Assembly (NCBI GenBank): GCA_015486285.1
Contig: WFRX01000097.1
Coordinates: 1-61,056 of the forward strand
Direction of reading: 5' to 3'
From: a bacterium
GTDB lineage: Bacteria > Desulfobacterota > DSWW01
DNA: 61,056 nt
Shown here piece by piece: positions 37,044-43,875 of this stretch. Both the position numbers and the translations under genes were made by a program. Each line of letters begins with the position of its first letter. The stretch's first letter is position 1. Below the pieces are notes generated by a model, which was not told the origin of the DNA, made no database searches, and was given only the letters and a program-made list of their open reading frames with translations.

Positions 37044-37958
37044 ATGGAGATCTTTCACCTTTTCAACCATCCGGGGAAACGCAGCGTGAACATCGATCTG
37101 CACATCCACACCACCGCCTCGGACGGGTCGATGACGCCCGCACAGGTCGTGGAGGAGGCGATACAGGCAGGCCTGAGCGTCATCTCGATCGCAGACCACG
37201 ACACGACAGGCGGCGTCGCAGCAGCGCTTGAGACGCGGCACGCCCAGGAGATCGTCGTCGTGCCCGGCGTGGAAATCAGCGCTTCGCACCCTTCCGGAGA
37301 GGTCCACATCCTGGGCTACTGGATGGATTACGGGAACCCGGCCTTCCAGGCCTTTCTGGAAAGGCCCCGCTCCACGCGCGTCCCCAGGATGATCGAGATG
37401 TGCAGGCGCCTGCGCGGTGTCGGTCTCCAAGTCCGGCCCGAAGAGGTCTTCGAAGAGGCCGGAGGCACCGACGCCGTGGGCAGACCGCACCTTGCCAGGG
37501 TATTGCTCGCCAAGGGCTATGTGAAGGATATGGAAGAGGCCTTCCGGAACTATCTCACGAAAGGGACCCCCGGCTACGTCAAAAGGGTCAAGAACCGGAC
37601 GGCCGAGGCCATCGCCATGATCCACCGCTTCGGAGGCATCTCGGTGATCGCCCACCCGGGGCTGCTCGAAGACCCGGGGCTCGTCGATCACCTCATCCGC
37701 GAAGGGGTCATGGGCATCGAGGTACTCTGCCACGAACACGACCGCGAGGCCGTGGAGAAATACTCGGAGATAGCGGACCGAAACGGGCTGCTCAAGACCG
37801 GCGGGTCGGACTACCACGGCGACATGCTGGGGAAATCTTTCCGCCTCGGGGACCTCAAGGTGCCGTACGAGTACTATCTCGCCCTGAAGGAGGCGAAAGA
37901 AAAAAGGACAGGGGTCAGGGATCAGGCCGCGCGCTGTCAGAAAGCGGGACGCCATTGA
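37044..37958 (+). CDS. PHP-domain phosphoesterase (TrpH/YciV-like)
   Basis: IDLHIHTTASDG, ADHDT, the HP.. motifs and GSDYHG are present. The start is ATG 37044 (no SD; a TATAAT overlaps it) or GTG 37086 (GGGGAAA SD). Confidence 0.85.
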   Translation: MEIFHLFNHPGKRSVNIDLHIHTTASDGSMTPAQVVEEAIQAGLSVISIADHDTTGGVAAALETRHAQEIVVVPGVEISASHPSGEVHILGYWMDYGNPAFQAFLERPRSTRVPRMIEMCRRLRGVGLQVRPEEVFEEAGGTDAVGRPHLARVLLAKGYVKDMEEAFRNYLTKGTPGYVKRVKNRTAEAIAMIHRFGGISVIAHPGLLEDPGLVDHLIREGVMGIEVLCHEHDREAVEKYSEIADRNGLLKTGGSDYHGDMLGKSFRLGDLKVPYEYYLALKEAKEKRTGVRDQAARCQKAGRH

Positions 37959-37974
37959 GGCGGCCGGCATCTGG

Positions 37975-38069
37975 TGCTGCCTCCTATCGCGCTTCGGTTT
38001 GTGCAGGGCGACTTTGTAGGGAGAGGGGGAGACGGAGCCCAAACAAACCGGGGCGCGACAGGGCAGCAC
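37975..38069. repeat. long-hairpin repeat, copy D (inverted orientation)
   Basis: The reverse complement carries the core TTTGTTTGGGCTCCGTCTCCCCCTCTCCCTACAAAGTCGCCCTGCACAAA. The outer stem segments pair as GTGCTGCC/GGCAGCAC, TCGCGC/GCGCGA and GGTTTG/CAAACC. It lies between the convergent PHP and gpmI stops. Confidence 0.8.
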
Positions 38070-38071
38070 AT

Positions 38072-39673
38072 TCAACCGCCCGCAAGGGCGCGGTAGGCCT
38101 TTTCGATCCTGTCCCAGTTGTGCTCCCGGTCGAGCGCCCAGTATCGGCCCATGACCGTAACCACCTCCCCCAACCCGAGCTCCCGGGCCTTCTGCTCCAC
38201 CTTTTCCACATAGATCGCCCCGCTCGCAGGCTGCTCCCCCCTTCTGCCCAGCAGGCTGTGGATGCAGACCCTGCGCACCCCTTCCCGCTTCGCCATCTCC
38301 ATCAGGGCGAAGAGATGATCCAGCGAACCGTGGGAGCTGTAGAACGAGACGATCCCGAGCAGGTGGAGCGTCTTTCCTCCTTGCCGGCAGGGCGCCATGG
38401 CCCAGCGGAAGGCCTCGTTTTCGTAGAAAGCGCCCGTGCGGATCGCCTCATCGATGCGCACCCGGTCTGAAGGGACCACCCGCCCCGCCCCGAGGTGCAG
38501 ATGCCCGGCCTCTGAATTCCCCACGCTCCCGGCGGGCATCCCGACGGCCCTGCCCGCGGCCTCCAGCAAGGTCCACGGGCAGGCCGCCATGAGCCGGTCC
38601 ATGACAGGCGTCGGCGTACGGGCGATCAGATTCCCCTCCTCATCCGCCCGGTGGCCCCAGCCGTCGAGAATCAGCAAGAGCACCCGGGGCGGTCCGGCAA
38701 ACAGGGCCCCCGCATCGATTCCCTTGCCCGCCCCCTTCAGCAGGCTGCTGCCCGTCATCTCCTCCGGCACGGGAATGCCGAAGATCTCCAGGACCGTCGG
38801 GGCCACATCCACGAGCGAGCCCCCCGACCGGAGCGCGAGCGGCCTCGCCGACCCGCCGTCCGGCGGGATGACGAGGAAGGGCACCGGGCTGTCGCTGTGC
38901 CCCGTGTCGATGGTCCCATCCGGGTACAGTCTCTTTTCCACGGTCCCGTGATCCGCCGTAATCAAGGTCACGTAGCCCTGCCTCTTCGCCTCTTCGACCA
39001 CGATTCCCGTCTGGGCATCCACCACGCGGATCGCCGTTTCCACGGCCGCCTCGTTCTCCATGTGTCCCACCACGTCCACGTTGGCAAAATTGCCCAGGAC
39101 GAAGGGGCAGGTCCCTTCTCGCAGCCTCGCCGTGATGGCATCGGCCACCTCGGAAGCGCTCATCTCCGGAAGCTCATCGAAGTTTTGAACCTCCCGGCTG
39201 GATGGAATGAACACCCTTTCCTCCAGGGGAAAGGGGTCCGCAGCCTTTCCGTTGAGGAAGTAGGAAACGTGAATCGCCTTTTCCGACTCCACGACCCGTA
39301 CCTGGCGTATTCCCTGCCTGCTCAACACTTCCCCAAGGGTGTTCTTGATCTTCCCGATCGGGGGAAACCCCACCCGAACGGGCAGGCCCGCCTCGTATTC
39401 GATCATGGTGGCCATGCGGGCCGGACGGCCGGAAGCCCTTTCAAAGTGGCTGAAATCAGGCTCCACGAGCGCCTTCGTCAGTTGCACTTCCCTTTCACCG
39501 CGGATATTGTAGAAGATTACGCACTCCCCTTCCCCGATCGCGCCGAGGAGTCCTCCCCGGTCATCGACGCTGACGATCGGCTCGAAAAGCTCGTCTTCCT
39601 GGCCTTCTGCGTACGCCTGTCGCACAGCCTCGGCCATGCTCGCCACGTCCCTGCCCATTCGGACTTTTCTCAT
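38072..39673 (-). CDS. gpmI: 2,3-bisphosphoglycerate-independent phosphoglycerate mutase, circularly permuted domain order
   Basis: All iPGM hallmarks are present but in permuted order. C-terminal-type motifs (FYNIRGEREVQ, NFANVDVVGHMEN, ITADHG, EEMTG) come first. The canonical N-terminus (LLILDGWG, TPVMD, GNSEAGHLHLGAGR, SSHGSLDHL, GRYWALDREHNWDR) occupies residues ~330-533. Confidence 0.85.
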   Translation of the reverse strand: MRKVRMGRDVASMAEAVRQAYAEGQEDELFEPIVSVDDRGGLLGAIGEGECVIFYNIRGEREVQLTKALVEPDFSHFERASGRPARMATMIEYEAGLPVRVGFPPIGKIKNTLGEVLSRQGIRQVRVVESEKAIHVSYFLNGKAADPFPLEERVFIPSSREVQNFDELPEMSASEVADAITARLREGTCPFVLGNFANVDVVGHMENEAAVETAIRVVDAQTGIVVEEAKRQGYVTLITADHGTVEKRLYPDGTIDTGHSDSPVPFLVIPPDGGSARPLALRSGGSLVDVAPTVLEIFGIPVPEEMTGSSLLKGAGKGIDAGALFAGPPRVLLLILDGWGHRADEEGNLIARTPTPVMDRLMAACPWTLLEAAGRAVGMPAGSVGNSEAGHLHLGAGRVVPSDRVRIDEAIRTGAFYENEAFRWAMAPCRQGGKTLHLLGIVSFYSSHGSLDHLFALMEMAKREGVRRVCIHSLLGRRGEQPASGAIYVEKVEQKARELGLGEVVTVMGRYWALDREHNWDRIEKAYRALAGG

Positions 39674-39760
39674 GATTCAGAATTCCCTTTCAGTCGTTTT
39701 GTAATCCGTTGCATGGTGCGCTGAAACCGAGCCTGGGCATGTATCGGGAAGGTCCGGGAT

Positions 39761-39865
39761 TGCAGTGCTGTCCCTGGTTCCCTCTCCGATTTGCTTGGGC
39801 TCCGTCTCCCCCTCCCTCGAAGTCGCCCTGCACAAATCTCCGAGGAAACCAGGGACAGCACTGCA
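39761..39865. repeat. long-hairpin repeat, copy B
   Basis: TGCAGTGCTGTCCCTGGTTCCCTC ... GAGGAAACCAGGGACAGCACTGCA (one C-A mismatch, which is G-U on the opposite strand) flank the conserved core. It lies between the TPR lipoprotein stop and the gpmI start. Confidence 0.85.
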
Positions 39866-39982
39866 CGATTCGAACTCTGCCATGGAAGCATAGCGACGGC
39901 TTCGCCTCCTCGCAATGTCCCCCACTGCACCGAAAGATTCCCCCCTGCCCTTTCACCTTCCCCCTTCGACCCGATCCGTGTG

Positions 39983-40570
39983 CTACTGGGTCTTCTGCCT
40001 GGCCGTTTCGTTCCAGGGGTTGTGCTTCAGGGCTTTGCTGTAAGCTTCCCTTGCCTTGTCCGGGGAGCCGAGGGACTCCCAGTACCGGCCTTCCTGCGTG
40101 TACGCCTCGCCGAGCCAGTACGGATGGCCCTGAAAGAGCACCTCGGCCTGATGCAGGAGGATGATCGCCTGCCGCGTCTTTCCTTCCCGCTGGCGGATTT
40201 CGGCCAGATAGAGATAGCAGAACGGGTTCCGGGGATCCACGGACAAGGCCTTCTCCAGCCGGTCTTCCGCCTCTCCGGGCAGCCCGTTTTGAAGCGCCCG
40301 GTAGCCTTCCGCCGCCAGGCGAAAGGAAGCGGCCCGATGGGCGGGGGCGTCTGCCGGAACCTTTTCGACCGTAAACGACTCGTCTTCCAGTACAGCCCTT
40401 CGCAGCTCCGCCTCCGGGCCGACTCCCCGGCCGAGGACGGCGCACCCGGAAACCACCAGGGCGACGAGCAGAAGATGCCCGCAAGCCAACCGCCTTCCGA
40501 CCCGTGAACGGCACGAGTGCTCTATGGTCCGTCCCCGCCTGCGGCGGGACAAGCTCCAGCGGAGATCCAT
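39983..40570 (-). CDS. TPR-repeat lipoprotein
   Basis: Lipobox LLLVALVVSGC and TPR-like helices (EAEDRLEKALSVDPRNPFCYLYLAEIRQREGK..; GSPDKAREAYSKALKHNP). The start is uncertain: the track start 40627 runs through a REP element, the ATG at 40570 is used here, and a later TTG is also possible. Confidence 0.65.
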   Translation of the reverse strand: MDLRWSLSRRRRGRTIEHSCRSRVGRRLACGHLLLVALVVSGCAVLGRGVGPEAELRRAVLEDESFTVEKVPADAPAHRAASFRLAAEGYRALQNGLPGEAEDRLEKALSVDPRNPFCYLYLAEIRQREGKTRQAIILLHQAEVLFQGHPYWLGEAYTQEGRYWESLGSPDKAREAYSKALKHNPWNETARQKTQ

Positions 40571-40586
40571 GGGCACAATGTGCTCA

Positions 40587-40612
40587 GGGATCCCTGCCTT
40601 CGCAGGGATGAC
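40587..40612. repeat. REP-like palindrome (GGGATCCCTGC-cttc-GCAGGGATGAC)
   Basis: Same family as 20624-20647 and 20683-20707. It translates as the frequent spurious peptide VIPAKAGIP. Confidence 0.65.
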
Positions 40613-40640
40613 AGATGGTGTGGCCACTGGACTCTCCCTG

Positions 40641-40669
40641 AAAAAAAAGGGAGGTCGGCAGAACCTCCC
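40641..40669 (-). terminator. rho-independent terminator downstream of lon
   Basis: The minus strand reads GGGAGGT-tctgccg-ACCTCCC followed by T8, about 50 nt after the lon stop. Confidence 0.75.
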
Positions 40670-40716
40670 GCTTCCTGTCCCAGCACGGTCCGTCTTTTCC
40701 GATTAGCCGGGCCGCA

Positions 40717-43305
40717 TCAGCGTGACTTTTTCGCTGTCCTGAGCGTCTTCTTCACCGGCAGCTTCTTGAGCGTCTTTTTCTTGACCGAACTCTTCTTCGC
40801 CGGTTTCTTCCCGGCCGAACTTTTCTTCACCGTCTTCTTTTTGACGGTTTTCCGGGTTGCGGCCTTTTTCTTCGCGGCTTTCTTCACACCGGCCTTCCCT
40901 TTTACCGCCCCCTTTTTCGATGGACCGGCCGCCGACGGCTTCGCAAGGGCCGCATGGACCGCTTCGGCGATGTCGTCTACCAGGACGAATGCCATCTCCT
41001 TGCGCACCGGTTCAGGAAGTTCCTCGAGATCCTTGGCGTTCAATTTCGGGAGCAGGATCGTCCGGATGCCCGCCCTGTGCGCGGCCAGCACCTTCTCCTT
41101 GATCCCGCCCACAGGCAAGACCTTGCCGCGAAGGGTAATCTCACCTGTCATGGCCACGTCCGATTTCACCTTGCGGCCGGTCAAGAGGCTGCACAGGGCC
41201 ACGACCATCGTAACCCCGGCGGAAGGGCCGTCTTTCGGGATCGCACCGGCCGGAACGTGGAGATGGATGTCCGCCGTATCGAAGAATTTCCGCTCCACGC
41301 CCAGTTCGGCGGCATTGGCCCGGATGTAGCTCAAGGCGGCCTGGGCGCTCTCCTTCATCACGTCGCCCAGCTGCCCCGTAAGGATCAGCTGCTTCCTCCC
41401 CGCCATCCGGGTCGCTTCCACAAACAGGATGTCCCCCCCGGTCGGGGTCCAGGCCAGCCCGGTGGCGATCCCCGGGGCCGTCAGCCGCTCCGCCGTTTCC
41501 GAGAAGAATTTGATCGGGCCCAGGTACCCGCTCACGTCCGCCGCATCGACACGGGCGGTCTCGACCTCTCCCTCCACCACCTGCCGGGCCACAGCGCGGC
41601 AAATCGAGGCGAGTTCACGCTCCAGGTTACGAACGCCCGCCTCGCGGGTGTAGTCCTGGATCACCCGCCGGATGGCCTCGTCCGTGATCTCGAGCTGTCC
41701 TTCCCGCAGCCCGTGCTCCTTGAGCTGCTTCGGAAACAGGTACTTCCTGGCGATCCACAGCTTCTCCTCCTGCGTATAGCCGGGCAGTTCCAGAACCTCC
41801 ATCCGGTCGCGAAGCGGAGCAGGGATGGACCCGAGGACGTTGGCGGTGGTAATGAAAAAGACCTTCGAAAGGTCGAAGGGCACCTCCAGGTAGTGATCCG
41901 CAAAACTGAAGTTCTGCTCCGGATCGAGCACCTCGAGCAGGGCCGAGGAAGGGTCCCCGCGGAAATCCGAACCCACTTTGTCGACTTCATCCAGCATGAA
42001 GACGGGATTGTTCGATCCCGCTTTCTTCAGCTCCTGGATCACCCTGCCCGGAAGGGCCCCCACATAGGTTCTTCTGTGGCCCCGGATCTCCGCTTCGTCC
42101 CGAACGCCCCCCAGGGACATGCGAATGAACTTCCTGCCCAGGGCCCTGGCGATCGACCGACCCAGGGAGGTCTTCCCCACGCCCGGCGGCCCGGCAAAGC
42201 AGAGGATCGGGCCCTTCATGTCCTCCTTGAGCTTGCGGACGGCCAGGTATTCCAGGATCCGCTTCTTGACCTTTTCCAGGTCATAATGATCTTCGTTGAG
42301 GATCCCTTCCGCCTTCTTCACGTCCAGATCGTCCTCCGTGGACTTGGACCACGGAACCTCGATCAACCAGTCCAGATAGGTCCGGGAAACGGAATACTCA
42401 GGGGCGGCGGGGTTCATCATGGCCAGCCGATCCACCTCCTTCTGGGCGACCTTCTCCGCCTCGGGCGGCAGGTGCGCCTCTGCCAGCCTGGCGCGCAGCG
42501 TCTCGATCTCGACGGTCTTCTCGTCCTTTACCCCCAGCTCCTCCTGGATCTTCTTCAACTGCTCCCGGAGGATGTGCTTGCGTTGCTCTTCACCCATCTC
42601 CCCCGCGATTTCTTCCTGAATCTTCTTGCTCAGTTCCAGTTTCTGGATCTCCCGGTTCACCAGGACCATGACCTTCCGGATCCTTTCCCGGTGGCTGAGC
42701 TCTTTCAGGATGTCCTGCTGATCCTCCGGCGACAGCGGAATGTTGGCCGCCACGAAGTCGGCGAGCCTCCCCGGGTCCTTGATGTTCATCGCGGTCATCA
42801 GGGCAGGACCGGGGTAATTGGGGATCAACTCGGCCAGGCGCTGAAAAACCTGGCGCAGCCCGGAGACGAGCGCCTCCATGTCGCTGTCCTGGGAGGGCTG
42901 TTCCGCGAGCTTCCTGACGCGCGCGACGAAATACGGCTCCCGCTGCGTGTACTCTTCGATCCGAATCCTCGCCATGCCCTGCACGAGAAAGCTCACCCCT
43001 CCCGTGGGCAACTGCATCATCTTCAGGACCTTGGCGGCCGTTCCCACCTTGGAGAGGGTCGCGATGTCCGGATCCTTGTCCGCCTCGGGCTGCTCGTTCG
43101 CCGTGACACCGATGAGTTGGTCCTTGACCACGGCATCATCGACGAGCTGAATATAGTGTTTCTGCCCCACCATCAGCGGGGCGGCGATGCCCGGAAACAG
43201 AACAACACCGGACAGGGGCAGAATGGGGAGCTCCTCCGGAATGGGGATCTCTTCGGCATCCGTCTCCCCGGGATTTGTCGCTATCGGGTCACTCTGCGGG
43301 TCCAT
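40717..43305 (-). CDS. lon: ATP-dependent Lon protease (LonA) with Lys-rich C-terminal extension
   Basis: LON N-domain (LPILPLSGVVLFPG), Walker A GPPGVGKTS, and a protease domain with PKDGPSAG (catalytic Ser). The ATG at 43305 is preceded by GGGGAGGGAG; the track start 43323 is TTG. The last ~75 aa are KKxxK repeats. Confidence 0.9.
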   Translation of the reverse strand: MDPQSDPIATNPGETDAEEIPIPEELPILPLSGVVLFPGIAAPLMVGQKHYIQLVDDAVVKDQLIGVTANEQPEADKDPDIATLSKVGTAAKVLKMMQLPTGGVSFLVQGMARIRIEEYTQREPYFVARVRKLAEQPSQDSDMEALVSGLRQVFQRLAELIPNYPGPALMTAMNIKDPGRLADFVAANIPLSPEDQQDILKELSHRERIRKVMVLVNREIQKLELSKKIQEEIAGEMGEEQRKHILREQLKKIQEELGVKDEKTVEIETLRARLAEAHLPPEAEKVAQKEVDRLAMMNPAAPEYSVSRTYLDWLIEVPWSKSTEDDLDVKKAEGILNEDHYDLEKVKKRILEYLAVRKLKEDMKGPILCFAGPPGVGKTSLGRSIARALGRKFIRMSLGGVRDEAEIRGHRRTYVGALPGRVIQELKKAGSNNPVFMLDEVDKVGSDFRGDPSSALLEVLDPEQNFSFADHYLEVPFDLSKVFFITTANVLGSIPAPLRDRMEVLELPGYTQEEKLWIARKYLFPKQLKEHGLREGQLEITDEAIRRVIQDYTREAGVRNLERELASICRAVARQVVEGEVETARVDAADVSGYLGPIKFFSETAERLTAPGIATGLAWTPTGGDILFVEATRMAGRKQLILTGQLGDVMKESAQAALSYIRANAAELGVERKFFDTADIHLHVPAGAIPKDGPSAGVTMVVALCSLLTGRKVKSDVAMTGEITLRGKVLPVGGIKEKVLAAHRAGIRTILLPKLNAKDLEELPEPVRKEMAFVLVDDIAEAVHAALAKPSAAGPSKKGAVKGKAGVKKAAKKKAATRKTVKKKTVKKSSAGKKPAKKSSVKKKTLKKLPVKKTLRTAKKSR

Positions 43306-43319
43306 GCTCCCTCCCCGGT

Positions 43320-43760
43320 TCAATAGGATTCCTCGGTTTCAATCACGATTTCGATGGGCTCCTTCGCCTTTTTTCGAAGCACGACCCTCAGCAGTCCGTT
43401 CTTGTGCTCCGCCTCTATGCCCTCCAAGTCGAGGTCGCGAGGGACGCGGAAGAGTTTCTGAAAAAACCCGTAGTCGATCTCCATCCGATGGTACCGCTTC
43501 ATTCCGGGCACGCGCGGCCTCCTCCTCACCCCGGAGATCTTCAGCAGATCCCCGTCGTGGACAATCTTGATGTCCCTCTTGTCCAGGCCGGAAAGATCCA
43601 TGAGGATCACGACGGCGTCTTCCGTCTCCACGATATCCGTCTTCGGCGTCCACCCCTGCCGGCCGAGGAATCGATCGGCACCGAAGGGGTCGAGGCAACA
43701 CTCCCGGCCTTCCTCCTCATTTCGGAAACGGACGGTAAAGAACTTTGTCGATCGATCCAT
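43320..43760 (-). CDS. Hsp20/alpha-crystallin small heat-shock protein
   Basis: Alpha-crystallin domain (DIVETEDAVVILMDLSGLDKRDIKI..GLLRVVL.K). The ATG at 43760 is preceded by GGAGGAGG. Its stop lies 15 nt before the lon ATG. Confidence 0.9.
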   Translation of the reverse strand: MDRSTKFFTVRFRNEEEGRECCLDPFGADRFLGRQGWTPKTDIVETEDAVVILMDLSGLDKRDIKIVHDGDLLKISGVRRRPRVPGMKRYHRMEIDYGFFQKLFRVPRDLDLEGIEAEHKNGLLRVVLRKKAKEPIEIVIETEESY

Positions 43761-43828
43761 GGCGCCTCCTCCGGGGGACCGCACAGGCAAGCCGGTCTCG
43801 CAATCCGTTCATGTTGGTCCTAACATTT

Positions 43829-43857
43829 TATATAACGCATCACCATCGAAGAGTCGA
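43829..43857 (-). promoter_or_regulatory. candidate sigma-70 promoter (TCGACT-17-TATATA) upstream of hsp20-lon
   Basis: Pattern match on the minus strand ~70 nt upstream of the hsp20 ATG. No CIRCE or obvious sigma-32 consensus was seen. Confidence 0.35.
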
Positions 43858-43875
43858 GTTCCGGAACGAGTCCTG

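Noticed and set aside
36756-38075. 439-aa minus-strand ORF spanning the polypurine region and the PHP gene
   Set aside because: It translates the polypyrimidine strand as poly-Phe/Pro/Ser nonsense and runs antisense to a well-supported PHP phosphoesterase.
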